Positions 1 to 9,212 of a DNA stretch of 64,000 nt are shown in pieces (the first letter of the stretch is position 1; each line of letters begins with the position of its first letter). The notes under the pieces were generated by a model. That model was not told the DNA's origin. It was given only the letters and a program-made list of their open reading frames with translations, and did no database searches. This DNA is from Gemmatimonadales bacterium (GTDB lineage Bacteria > Gemmatimonadota > Gemmatimonadetes > Gemmatimonadales > GWC2-71-9). The stretch covers positions 1,493-65,492 of the forward strand of contig DATIYM010000035.1 of the NCBI GenBank assembly GCA_035517615.1. Reading direction: 5' to 3'. Both the position numbers and the translations under genes were made by a program.

Positions 1-1166
1 ATAGTGGGCATTTCAGCCCAATACGCATCTGAGAAGCCACTGACCATCCCGTTGTTGCCCGCGGCGATTACCAACAGCGGACTCGTTCCGGCTGTGCGGA
101 TGGCAAGCGCTACTACCGAGTCTGTCCGTCGCACGTCATCTCTGAAGCTCGCGCTATCGCCGGAGTCCAGGCCGCCAGCTTGCTTCACGCCAAGAGAGAT
201 GTTTATGACCTGCGCTCCCCACGCAGCGACTGACGCGATCGCGTTCGCAAACAGAAAGGTCGAGACATAACTGTTGCCATTCGCGGTAGGCACAATCACT
301 CCGCCGACGGTGTCACGAGCTGTCACGTCGAACAGATTTAGTGACGCATTCCACATCATGCCCGTCATTCCAGAACCGTTCCCTCCAACCGCAGCGATCA
401 AACCGGCGACCGCGATCCCATGTTCGAAGGTGTCGACGGCGACAGAGAGCGAGTCGGTCTCTACGGCAACGTTGGGATCTAGGTCAAATGCACTGTGGAA
501 ACCCAAATCGATCACACCGATCTTCACATTTGAACTCCCCGTGGTACAGCCCCAGGCGAGCGGAGCGGCGATAGCTTCAAACGCCCACCTTGGATCGGCG
601 GTGGGATTCGAGTACGCGCTCTCAGGATGAACCTTCCAGTCTAGTCGATGCCAGCCACCGCCGTCGTCTGGTCGCTGATATGTCGCAGGATCCGTGATGA
701 CAAGATCCGGCATAGCAAGACGCACCCCCGGGAGCCGTTGCACTTTCGCTGAGGCGGCGAACACGCGCTCGTTCGTTTGATCTGGCGGGATTCGCACCAT
801 GTACACGGTATTGGAGCGTCCGAGCGGCACGCCCCCAATGACTTCTCCTTGAATTGAGTCGATGGCCGCTTGTCGCTGCCTACCGGAGGCTGTCTGACTG
901 AAGACAATACCAATCACATCTTTGTAGAAAGAATGCGTTGAGCGGTGACGATTTCTAACCAGATTCGATGCGGCATAATATCCGCGGGGCATGCCGCGGG
1001 GCGGGTGCACCATTTCCGTGGCGTTCCGAGGAGGGGCTACCGGAGAATCGTCAAAGAGATCGCACCCCACCGCAACGGCTACCATGACCAACAGCCCGCT
1101 CAAGATCCAGCGCAAGGGTCCAGCGCGTCGGTGTGCGTCCGGTGCGGGCGTTACAGAGTCATTCAT
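1..1166 (-). CDS. S8 (subtilisin-like) serine peptidase, lipoprotein precursor; 3' end runs off the window
   Basis: Own minus-strand translation (absent from the ORF track because there is no stop in the window). It reads MNDSV...LLVMVAVAVGC (lipobox), Asp motif VKIGVIDLGF, His motif HGIAVAGLIAA and oxyanion motif LLVIAAGNNG. The catalytic Ser region lies left of position 1. A GAGG lies just upstream of the ATG at 1166. Confidence 0.85.
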   Translation of the reverse strand, partial: MNDSVTPAPDAHRRAGPLRWILSGLLVMVAVAVGCDLFDDSPVAPPRNATEMVHPPRGMPRGYYAASNLVRNRHRSTHSFYKDVIGIVFSQTASGRQRQAAIDSIQGEVIGGVPLGRSNTVYMVRIPPDQTNERVFAASAKVQRLPGVRLAMPDLVITDPATYQRPDDGGGWHRLDWKVHPESAYSNPTADPRWAFEAIAAPLAWGCTTGSSNVKIGVIDLGFHSAFDLDPNVAVETDSLSVAVDTFEHGIAVAGLIAAVGGNGSGMTGMMWNASLNLFDVTARDTVGGVIVPTANGNSYVSTFLFANAIASVAAWGAQVINISLGVKQAGGLDSGDSASFRDDVRRTDSVVALAIRTAGTSPLLVIAAGNNGMVSGFSDAYWAEMPT

Positions 1167-1188
1167 CGCCTCAACCTTCCTTCGGTTG

Positions 1189-1740
1189 CTACCGCGTGGA
1201 GTTGCAGGAAATTGTTACGAGAGAATCTCGAAAGAGGGGGAGCCTAGAATCCGTCGCCACCTTTACGATACTGACGGGGGTTGTGACCTCTGCGGGAATT
1301 ACGCAACCCGGCCCAGGTACGACCAGCCGTTCAAATACAGTGAGACCGTGCCTGCTGCGCGCAGTGGAGTCAACAATGATTTCTCCAGCCGAGAAACCCA
1401 TCGCAGCCACAATCACCATTTCGTCCTGAAAGTTGATCTGAGGTTTCTTTGGCGGTCGTTGACCATAGGGTGCGACAACCTCTGCCCAAAGCATTTGGAA
1501 CGCGCTGGAGTCCTTTGCTACGGCGCGGAGTGCATGTCGAATTCCGGAGGCTCGGTCCTTGAAGAGAACTACCAGCGTGTCATGTGTGCCGGGCGCTAAG
1601 TCAGCCCGCGGCGCGATTCCTTGAGCGACGCTCCTTGATTGGGTTGTCTCGCGATGCGAGTCGTCGACCACTGGCTTGAGATTTACTAGTGTAAGCGCCG
1701 CAAGAAGACTCACGCCGACCGCAGCGTCGTATCTAGTCAT
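1189..1740 (-). CDS. hypothetical secreted protein, co-directional with and 22 nt upstream of the S8 peptidase
   Basis: Track ORF 1189..1881, trimmed to the internal ATG at 1740 (residue 48), which is preceded by GAGGAG. The N-terminus MTRYDAAVGVSLLAALTLV looks like a signal peptide. No recognisable domain. Confidence 0.5.
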   Translation of the reverse strand: MTRYDAAVGVSLLAALTLVNLKPVVDDSHRETTQSRSVAQGIAPRADLAPGTHDTLVVLFKDRASGIRHALRAVAKDSSAFQMLWAEVVAPYGQRPPKKPQINFQDEMVIVAAMGFSAGEIIVDSTARSRHGLTVFERLVVPGPGCVIPAEVTTPVSIVKVATDSRLPLFRDSLVTISCNSTR

Positions 1741-1835
1741 GGATTCTCCTCTCGCACGCACGAAGTTGGCGCGCTCAGGTCTTTTGGGAATACCAGAAGG
1801 TTGCATCGAACCACCCATACCCGTCGACAGAAAGA

Positions 1836-2702
1836 TTGCACGCGTGCAACGTTCTGACCCGACTAGGTGAACACCTAGCACATCTCTTCATCGCATGTTA
1901 CTTCTTGGCCCTGAATTACCGAGCTATTCCCGGGAGGCGTGTGATCCCAAGCGTAAGGCGCGCGGCTGTCGGTGCAGGTTTCGAGGGCACGTTTCTGGCT
2001 CTTGCGCCGCCGTATGCGTCCCTTCTTCCGCTTCCAGCGGTCGATGACGGAGAATCTTTGCCGCTTGGCGCGGTTGTCATCGGGTCGGGCAACGAATTAC
2101 TTGAGACACTAACTGCCCTTATGCAGCTCACATGTTCGTCTCCTTGGATTGTCCCATGTATAACGCTCGCTCCTAAACAGGGACCGCTGGAACCACTCCT
2201 CGCTCTTGTAGGCGGGCTTCGACCCAGGCTCGTGGTCGTGAGTGGAGTAGAGACGTCGCGACGCAAAGACCTAGTAACGACCATCCTTCGAGGAACGAGA
2301 AAAAGAGTGCCACCTGCGCCGTCAATCATGGCCGGATGGGTGACGCAACGAGCCAGGGTTTCCGAACTCGCCCGACCCTTATCAGCCCAATTCGATGCTG
2401 CGCTTCGCCCCCGTGGCGATGTACCCGCGAGCCCTAGCGCGTCCACATATAGCCGACTGTTTCGACGACACGGGCCCTTCACCGCGAGGGATTGGCGCGC
2501 TATTGCTCGTCTCTGTTGGCATGCGCATGCGCTATCGGCTGCTGCTTCTAACGAAACCTCGGGCGCACAATTGCCCATGCGTACTGTTGCGCGACACGCG
2601 GCCCAGTATCTCCAGATGTCGCATCTCGCCTTGCGTCGATACATCGGTTGGGAATGGGTTTTGGAAGCGGCCCTGCGCGTGGGTGGATATGTGTCGCGGT
2701 GA
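1836..2702 (+). CDS. hypothetical protein (weak call; start uncertain)
   Basis: This 288-aa ORF has more protein-like composition than its antisense partner 1916..2644. The C-terminal helical segment RTVARHAAQYLQMSHLALRRYIG could be an HTH. No motif recognised. Confidence 0.3.
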   Translation: MHACNVLTRLGEHLAHLFIACYFLALNYRAIPGRRVIPSVRRAAVGAGFEGTFLALAPPYASLLPLPAVDDGESLPLGAVVIGSGNELLETLTALMQLTCSSPWIVPCITLAPKQGPLEPLLALVGGLRPRLVVVSGVETSRRKDLVTTILRGTRKRVPPAPSIMAGWVTQRARVSELARPLSAQFDAALRPRGDVPASPSASTYSRLFRRHGPFTARDWRAIARLCWHAHALSAAASNETSGAQLPMRTVARHAAQYLQMSHLALRRYIGWEWVLEAALRVGGYVSR

Positions 2703-2843
2703 AGTGTGACCTCCAGTGTGACGTAGACGTTCGAATTTCGTCACGCACCCCTGGTGCTCACCTCCTTTCCTCCCGATTCTACGGCATTCCTGAAGCCCGG
2801 GGTCGGGAATCGGCCCTAGCGCGCTACGACTTTAGTCCGTAGG

Positions 2844-3540
2844 TCAGAGGTGGTTCCGCTTCTTTGTACAGCGCAGCGGGTCGGATAATTGGATGAGCAG
2901 GCATGTTACGCATGCCACCTGGTGGGGCCGCGGGGTGAAATAGGCTTCGGCCGGGGTCTGATCCGCGAGACTCGAGTGCGGCCGGGCGGTGTTGTACTGG
3001 GTGAGGTAGCGGCCCAGGCCAGCTTTGGCCTCGGACACCGAGGCGTAGGCGTGGAGATAGACTTCCTCGTACTTGATCGAGCGCCAGAGGCGTTCGACGA
3101 AGATGTTGTCCTTCCAGCAGCCCTTCCCATCCATGCTGATCGCGATGCCGTGGTCCTGGAGCATCCCAGTGAAGTCGGTGCTGGCAAACTGGGCGCCCTG
3201 GTCCGTATTGAAGATCTCCGGCTGGCCATAGCGAGCGAGCGCTTCTTCGACGGAGCAGCCGGCGCAGCAGCCGCGCCCCGGCATAGGGGAAGTCGAGATG
3301 CAGCGCATCGAGCCGCCGCATCAGTGCCAGGTCCGCGTCGGCCATGGGCCGCCGGCACGTAGTACACGCTGCCCCGAGTGACGCCCAAGGCGCGGGCCTG
3401 CCGCGCGATGGCAATGGGTGAGTCCGGTCGATCATCGCTTGGCGCTCAGCCACCCGGCCTTGGTGAGCGCGCGTTCTAAAAAATCATTCTCGAGCGTCAG
3501 CTCGCTGATCTTGGCGTGCAGGGTCTTCACATCGATGGTC
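2844..3540 (-). mobile_element. IS3-family insertion sequence remnant (transposase fragments, frameshifted and internally deleted)
   Basis: Three frames carry classic IS3 pieces. The OrfA end reads [23 protein letters not shown]. The OrfB N-terminus reads LGVTRGSVYYVP and ADADLALMRRLDALHLDFPYAGAR. The rve/DDE C-terminus reads EIFNTDQGAQFASTDFTGMLQDHGIAISMDGKGCWKDNIFVERLWRSIKYEEVYL...YNTARPHSSL. The central part of the catalytic domain is missing. Confidence 0.8.
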
Positions 3541-3593
3541 GGCCCGGGCGCGCGGCCCTCGGCGAAGACTGCCGCAAGCAGATGCGTGGCAAC

Positions 3594-4711
3594 GGGCTCA
3601 TGCAGGCAATCGCCCGCGTGAACCGCGTATACAGCGACAAGCCGGGTGGGCTCGTGGTGGATTACCTCGGCCTCGCCCATGAGCTGAAGCAACCGCTCGC
3701 GACGTACACGGAGAGCGGTGGGACCGGCAAGACTGCGATCGACCAGGCGGAAGCAGTCGCCTTGATGCTTGAAAAGTACGAGATCTGCTGTTGGCTTTTC
3801 CACGGCTTTGACTGGTCGAAGTGGTCGAGAGGAACACCGGCAGAACGTGTTTCACTCTTGCCCGCGGCCCAGGAGCACATCCTGGCACAACAGGACGGGA
3901 AGAACCGCGTCTTGCAAGCGGTGCTCGACCTCTCGCGTGCATTCGCGCTGGCTGTGCCGCACGACGACGCTCTGCGGATTCGCGACGATGTGGCCTTCTT
4001 CCAGGCGGTACGGGGCAGCCTTTGCCAAACGGGCTCCGGGCGCGGCTCGATCTGACGAGGACCTCGATTTGGCAGTGCGCCAGATTGTCTCGCGCGCCGT
4101 CGTGTCCGGCGGCGTCGTTGACATCTTCGAGGCCGCCGGCCTAGCCAAGCCGGATATATCGATTCTGTCCAAGGAGTTCCTGGCGGAGGTGAAGGACATG
4201 CCTCAGCGTAACCTCGCTGTGGAGCTTTTGCGGAAGCTGCTATCAGGAGAGATCCGGACGCGGCGTCGCAAGAAACGTCGTTCAGGCCCGCTCGTTCGCG
4301 GAGATGCTGGATTTGGCGTTACGGCGTTACCAAAACCGTGCGATCGAGGCCGCCCAGGTCATCGAGGAACTGATCGAACTAGCGCGCGACATGCGAGAAG
4401 CCGAGCGTCGAGGGGAAAACCTAGGCCTCACAGAGGACGAATTGGCATTCTACGACGCGCTTGAGACCAACGACAGCGCGGTGAAGGTCTTGGGTGATGA
4501 GAACCTCCGGATGATCGCGCGGGAGCTGGTCCGCACCGTGCGCGAGAACGTCACGATTGACTAGACGGTCCGCGAAAACGTGCGTGCCCAACTCCGCGTA
4601 CTCGTGAAGCGCATTTTGCGGAAGTACGGCTATCCGCCCGACAAACAAGAACGGGCAACGCAGCTGGTGCTGGAGCAGGCAGAGGTGTTGTCGGAGGCGT
4701 GGGCGGCGTAG
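3594..4711 (+). pseudogene. hsdR: type I restriction enzyme R subunit (HsdR), C-terminal fragment only, with 2 frameshifts and 1 in-frame TAG
   Basis: Helicase motif [12 protein letters not shown] is followed by [28 protein letters not shown] and [18 protein letters not shown] (frame of 3516..4055). [12 protein letters not shown]...[27 protein letters not shown] follows in frame 3769..4464. [23 protein letters not shown]...[13 protein letters not shown]...VTID follows in frame 4304..4564. A TAG sits where homologues have W, and the frame then reads [27 protein letters not shown] to a stop at 4709-4711. The N-terminal ~700 aa are replaced by the IS3 remnant. No hsdM or hsdS is nearby. Confidence 0.85.
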
Positions 4712-4722
4712 CGATCTGCACG

Positions 4723-5685
4723 CTACACCGGGAATGCTGTTGAGACACTTTGATCTGTCGCGAAGAGCGCCGCAAAACCAGGGTTGAGTATCGCCTTCCT
4801 CAGGATGCCTCGAACGAGACCCTCTAACTTGCGGTAAACGGCCTTGGTTGGTTCATCCATCGCCACCAGCGCGAGAGCGTGAACAAGATCGGAACGCTTC
4901 TCGTACATTGCTCGGAGATCCGGTTCACTTACAGCGAACGAAGCGTCCAGCTGGCCAATTGCGGCGAGACGACTGACGAACGCTCGCGTCGAACCGATCG
5001 GTGCGCCCTTCTTGTCCTTCTCGTTCTTGATCCTAACCAGCGATTCTAGTCCAGTTACCAGCAGCGGCCATCGGATGTCACTGTAGTAGTTCCTCGCCGC
5101 CATTTCGTGATGCCATAACGCCACTCCGACCCTCTTCGGAATTGTTGTCGGATTCCAAGCTTTGATCAGATCGGCAATGGCAGGGATATCAGAAGGAATC
5201 AGCCAGTTCTCGTTGACGTCGAGGACAAACGCATGTTCACCGATGCCGGCTTCCGTATGGGGCACTAGTTGCCATTGGCCCCGAGGTTTCCCCCACGTCC
5301 TAATCTGAGCGGAATGACCAAGGCACAGGGAAGTCGGATGAACAAGTCGTGACAGGGCTATAGCGTTGCGCAACCGGGTGTCCGGGTCGAAATCGCCCTG
5401 ATCCGCCTTTGAAGCGGGAGGGTTGGTTCGGATGAAGGCGTAACCACCGGGGAACTGGCGAGTCGGAACGTAGTTACGGCCAGGGGGTTCAGTCCCGTCT
5501 AGCACCCATTTTGTTAGCTCCTCGTCCAGCATTCCGACCCACAGGTCGCCGTCGATTTGGACGGGCTTGTCGCAGTACACAACGGCTCTCGTCGACTTGG
5601 CGTCGTGGTCGACGTAGGGCCACTCCACCATCGAAAGGTCGGTAGTGGTGTTCTGAATCTCGAAGTATGTGAACCTCTGAGCCAT
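4723..5685 (-). CDS. hypothetical protein with C-terminal HEPN-like R-x4-H motif
   Basis: Clean 320-aa ORF whose ATG lies 4 nt after the upstream gene's stop. The C-terminal helical region carries YEKRSDLVHAL (R-x4-H at 4879-4896). The N-terminal two thirds are unrecognised. Confidence 0.7.
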   Translation of the reverse strand: MAQRFTYFEIQNTTTDLSMVEWPYVDHDAKSTRAVVYCDKPVQIDGDLWVGMLDEELTKWVLDGTEPPGRNYVPTRQFPGGYAFIRTNPPASKADQGDFDPDTRLRNAIALSRLVHPTSLCLGHSAQIRTWGKPRGQWQLVPHTEAGIGEHAFVLDVNENWLIPSDIPAIADLIKAWNPTTIPKRVGVALWHHEMAARNYYSDIRWPLLVTGLESLVRIKNEKDKKGAPIGSTRAFVSRLAAIGQLDASFAVSEPDLRAMYEKRSDLVHALALVAMDEPTKAVYRKLEGLVRGILRKAILNPGFAALFATDQSVSTAFPV

Positions 5686-5689
5686 TGCC

Positions 5690-6190
5690 TTAACGGGTTC
5701 TCTGCGACTTGGAATTCCTGATTAGCACTGCCGCGCGACGCAGCGCCCGGGCAAACTCGGCTACGGTCGAAGTCGACCTCGCGCCGATCCTGAACAAGCC
5801 GACGACAGTTGGGAACCCTTCGAATGTACGCCTCGTCAATGATCCCTCTGTTATGGGCGAACAGGTGTCGCGTCGCCTCACAGTCTGCCATAAGGTCGGC
5901 CGTTGCTGCATCGAGATCGCGACCAGTTGTCTTGAGAATGTGTTTGCGGACCGCTGTGGTTAAGCCGCCACTGAGGTCAATGTTTTGGCTCTTGGCAAAT
6001 GCTTCAAACGCGCCTTTGAAGCGCAACAACGGAGACCCCCGGCCATGAACCTGTAGTCACCCTCGGCGTCGTGATGCGGGAACAAGAGATCGTACAGCTC
6101 GTCCGCAAAGGCCTTATCAAAGAATGCGACGCCTCCCTTAAGCCACTGTACCGGGACGTCGCCATCGTATGTTGGGTCGTCTCTCACCAT
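5690..6190 (-). pseudogene. small HEPN-like protein gene split over three reading-frame segments (two single-base frame breaks, possibly assembly artefacts)
   Basis: Three segments: 6190->~6040 (MVRDDPTYDGDVPVQWLKGG...DYRFMAGG), ~6036->~5815 (SPLLRFKGAFEAFAKSQ...CEATRHLFAHNRGIIDEAYIRRVP) and ~5812->5690 (TVVGLFRIGARSTSTVAEFARALRRAAVLIRNSKSQRTR, then stop). The breaks sit at a C5 run (6036-6040) and a G3/C3 run (5811-5818). The repaired product is ~166 aa with R-x4-H at 5853-5870. Confidence 0.55.
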
Positions 6191-6232
6191 GATTTCCGCA
6201 TTCGCGAACCCATCGTCGAAGCGACTGGCCTC

Positions 6233-8164
6233 TCAGAAGTTCAAGGCCACACGCCAGTCTGAACCTCTGATTGCATGTGGGCAAGTCGCACCAAGCTCCG
6301 CAATGAAGGGGCTGGCAGCTAACCGCGCGTATGTCTCGCCTGAACTTCTCCGAACTTGAAGCGGCGGAATGTTGGCTCGTAGCGCCTGAGCCAACGGCAT
6401 TTGCGTCACCGAGCTGAGGACTAGGGTGTCTTTCGGCCGCGTGACGGCGACGTAAAACAGGCGTCGCTGTTCCCGAAGTTCGAGGTCCTGCCCGGCTGGC
6501 GTCAGCTCTGTATCCACGGTTGGAATTGCTCCTCCAACGCATCCAGCAATTACCACCAGCTCCGCAGTCAGTCCCTTTGCCTTATGAAGGCTCATTATCC
6601 GGATGACGTCGCCAGCCGAGTCGGGTAGCTCGGGCTGAGTGATAACCTCCACTAGTCGTTGGTAGAGGTTCGTGGGCTCCGGGTTGTCTGCGGCTACGGC
6701 GCCCGCAGCGAGCCGGATTGTGAGCGTTTCCGGGTCGGCCGGGTCCCAGAGGGCGTTCACGAGGGGAGTCCCCTGAAGGCCCGCCAGAGCGGCCAACCGC
6801 CCCTTGAGCTCATCATGCTTGGCAAGAACTTTCCGAGAATACCTGACTTCGATTTCATCACGAGCCAACCGCTCACAGACGTCAAAGGGCTCAATGCCGT
6901 GCTCCTCGGCGTGACCGCGGATCCTAGCGTATCCCGCTCGGTTGCCATCGACGTCTCCCAACCCGAGCCATGCGCGGTACGCGGCTCGGTCCTCTGGACT
7001 GACGAGCAGCGTCAGGAGGCAGAACCCCTCGGCGGCAGAAACTGCGTCGAGGGCATCCTCCCAGAAGAAGCTCAAGGCATTCCGACGGCGTCGGATCAAG
7101 GCGTCCCGAATTGCGTTTCCGAAGATGCGACGCGGGCTGAGGATCAACACTTGCCCCGGTGGAAGACCATTTCGTCGATTCAAGTAGTCATCGACGTAGG
7201 CGGCAATCGTGTCCGCTTCGTCGCCGATACTCGGGTGTTGGACGACGTAGACCGAAGCAGCGGCTCGGCCAGCCTGCGATCTGAGCGGCGTCTGCCGGGC
7301 GAGTGGGTCGTGACCGAGGAGTGCATTGCTCATGGTGACAATGTTTGGAGGACACCTGCGACATTCTTCAATGGTGTGTGAACACGTGCCGGGATGGTCA
7401 TCGGGGAAGACGCGAATACCGTCAGGGTTGGCGTGCCGGAAGCGATAGATGGACTGATTGTCGTCACCAACGATGGTGAGGCTCGCATTCGTGCCGAGCA
7501 CATCAACGAGGGTTTGGTCCGCCTTGTTTAGGTCCTGGTACTCGTCGACCAAGACCGCCCGGTACGCAGGCAGGACTCCCGCATGAGGATTTGCTTGGAG
7601 GAAGCGAAGGGCTATGGGAACCAGCTCTCCAATCAACATCGCGCGATGATATCTGAGCCAATCAAGCAATGCCGCTTCGAAGTCGATGTCCCGTTGCTGT
7701 TGGGGTGCCCCGGCCACCTCATGTTGAAGGCGGGCCCAAGCCGCCTCGTATGCCTCAAGCAGTTTGGCCACTTCTCGCTTCCCACCGAACTGCTTCTTCA
7801 AGTCAGTCGTGAGTTGATCGATCTCGTATGAAAGAAGGGGTCGCGGACGACGACCGGTAGCTTGGAAGACAGCGTCCTCAAGCAGCGCTGAGAAGCACAA
7901 GGAATGAAGGGTAGTTGCGGTAACCTGGTCTGCCCCGCCGACGCCAAGCCGGCGAAGTTGCTCCTTAAGATCCCGTGCCGCGGTCCGCGTGAATGAGACT
8001 GCGAGGATCTCCTGTGGGTCCATCCCCTCTGCTAAGAGACGAGCGACACGTCGCATCATTGCTAGGGTCTTGCCGGTCCCCGGGCCAGCCAGCACGTGAA
8101 CCGGATTCCCCGGTTCGGCGGCGATCGCCAGTTGTGCGCCTTCAAGGCCTTCTCGCCAGGGCAT
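6233..8164 (-). CDS. UvrD/Rep/PcrA-type SF1 DNA helicase
   Basis: 643 aa with motif I AGPGTGKT (8066-8086), motif II LVDEYQD, motif III IVGDDNQSIYRFR, motif V SLHKAKGL and motif VI RRLFYVAVTRPKDTLVL. Confidence 0.9.
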   Translation of the reverse strand: MPWREGLEGAQLAIAAEPGNPVHVLAGPGTGKTLAMMRRVARLLAEGMDPQEILAVSFTRTAARDLKEQLRRLGVGGADQVTATTLHSLCFSALLEDAVFQATGRRPRPLLSYEIDQLTTDLKKQFGGKREVAKLLEAYEAAWARLQHEVAGAPQQQRDIDFEAALLDWLRYHRAMLIGELVPIALRFLQANPHAGVLPAYRAVLVDEYQDLNKADQTLVDVLGTNASLTIVGDDNQSIYRFRHANPDGIRVFPDDHPGTCSHTIEECRRCPPNIVTMSNALLGHDPLARQTPLRSQAGRAAASVYVVQHPSIGDEADTIAAYVDDYLNRRNGLPPGQVLILSPRRIFGNAIRDALIRRRRNALSFFWEDALDAVSAAEGFCLLTLLVSPEDRAAYRAWLGLGDVDGNRAGYARIRGHAEEHGIEPFDVCERLARDEIEVRYSRKVLAKHDELKGRLAALAGLQGTPLVNALWDPADPETLTIRLAAGAVAADNPEPTNLYQRLVEVITQPELPDSAGDVIRIMSLHKAKGLTAELVVIAGCVGGAIPTVDTELTPAGQDLELREQRRLFYVAVTRPKDTLVLSSVTQMPLAQALRANIPPLQVRRSSGETYARLAASPFIAELGATCPHAIRGSDWRVALNF

Positions 8165-8167
8165 ATG

Positions 8168-8857
8168 TCAGCTCGCGAACGGGCGAGGAAAGGAGTCAAA
8201 CTGCGGCGGCTCGTGGCCGGCGGCCAAGAAGAACTCTGGACAGAATCTGCGCAGTAGGCGGAAGCCCCCTGGGGTGAATGGCGTGAGCCAAGCGGTCTCC
8301 TCTGGTGTCATGCGAAAACCAGAAAAGGCCATTGTCAGGAGGCGCGAGGCGACATGTTGGCCTCGCATTGACGGGTGGACCCATACGTGCATCACCGCCC
8401 ATGAAGGCCCCGCTGCCGGTTCCTCGCAGGCGCGGTACTCATCCTGCTCGGCCAGCCACTCGTAACGTGCGCAGCGTTCACGACGTTCGAGCACGGTGAG
8501 TCCAACGCCACGCGAACCCTGGGCTAGCACCAACGCGTGAGCAAAGTGTTCGGGAACGATTTGATATCGATCCTCAGCATAGAAGGTTGGCTTGTCGTAG
8601 TCACCTTCGAACGGAGGCTCCTCGATAGCCCGCCGCGCGACGCGCTCTGTCCGATGACGAACGAACCTTGCAGATTCGGGCCTTACCAGAAGGACCTGCG
8701 CTCCATCAATGCCGCCCACTCTTTCGAAAAGGTCGAGGCGGCGCAGACGGACGCCATTGCGGTGTTCGTCATGGTGGATCAGGTGCTTCCTTCGAGAGAA
8801 GGCCAGCGATTCGAAGTACCTGTAGTCACACGTCGGGCACGTAGTTTGACCAGGCAT
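8168..8857 (-). CDS. hypothetical protein: N-terminal C2H2-like zinc finger plus GNAT-like C-terminal region
   Basis: 229 aa. The N-terminus reads CPTC-x14-HLIHH. The C-terminus WAVMHVWVHPSMRGQHVASRLLTMAF resembles GNAT motif A only partially. Its stop lies 3 nt before the helicase ATG. Confidence 0.6.
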   Translation of the reverse strand: MPGQTTCPTCDYRYFESLAFSRRKHLIHHDEHRNGVRLRRLDLFERVGGIDGAQVLLVRPESARFVRHRTERVARRAIEEPPFEGDYDKPTFYAEDRYQIVPEHFAHALVLAQGSRGVGLTVLERRERCARYEWLAEQDEYRACEEPAAGPSWAVMHVWVHPSMRGQHVASRLLTMAFSGFRMTPEETAWLTPFTPGGFRLLRRFCPEFFLAAGHEPPQFDSFPRPFAS

Positions 8858-9145
8858 ATGCCAATTGAGGTCGGAACCTTCAGGCTTCTGGGCGACGTCT
8901 CAAGGCGCGTCCTGCCGGCAAGGATCGCACGAGACTAGGGCGACGTCAGATTGCCCGAACGGGTTTGCCGCCACCTTCGTTGCTCCACTTCACCATGTTG
9001 TTCGCTTCAAGTTGAGCGAGATCGGCCTTGGCAAAGAACTCGCTTGCTGGGTTCAGATCGATGTAGAACGTCGAGCCGGTCCCGCGAAACGATGCATACC
9101 GCCATCGGATGAAATCTAAGGCGCTATAGCTGATTTCCTATGACA

Positions 9146-9198
9146 TTTTCCGAAGGTTTTTTCTTAGAAGTTTTTCTAACGTTTTCCCGAAGTTTTTC
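9146..9198. repeat. AT-rich block with three copies of GAAG(G)TTTTT(T)C
   Basis: Read directly: GAAGGTTTTTTC at 9152-9163, GAAGTTTTTC at 9167-9176 and GAAGTTTTTC at 9189-9198. Confidence 0.7.
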
Positions 9199-9212
9199 AT
9201 TCAAGCCGCTCT

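Noticed and set aside
1916-2644. 242-aa minus-strand ORF opposite 1836..2702
   Set aside because: The translation is Arg/Ser/Ala/Cys-rich with no hydrophobic core pattern. The plus-strand partner looks more protein-like, though it is itself only a weak call.
8953-9115. Minus-strand frame reading FIRWRYASFRGTGSTFYIDLNPASEFFAKADLAQLEANNMVKWSNEGGGKPVRAI with protein-like composition
   Set aside because: A TAG lies immediately upstream, and there is no ATG, GTG or TTG before the internal Met near the end. It is at most a gene remnant or a gene with a frame error, with insufficient evidence to annotate.
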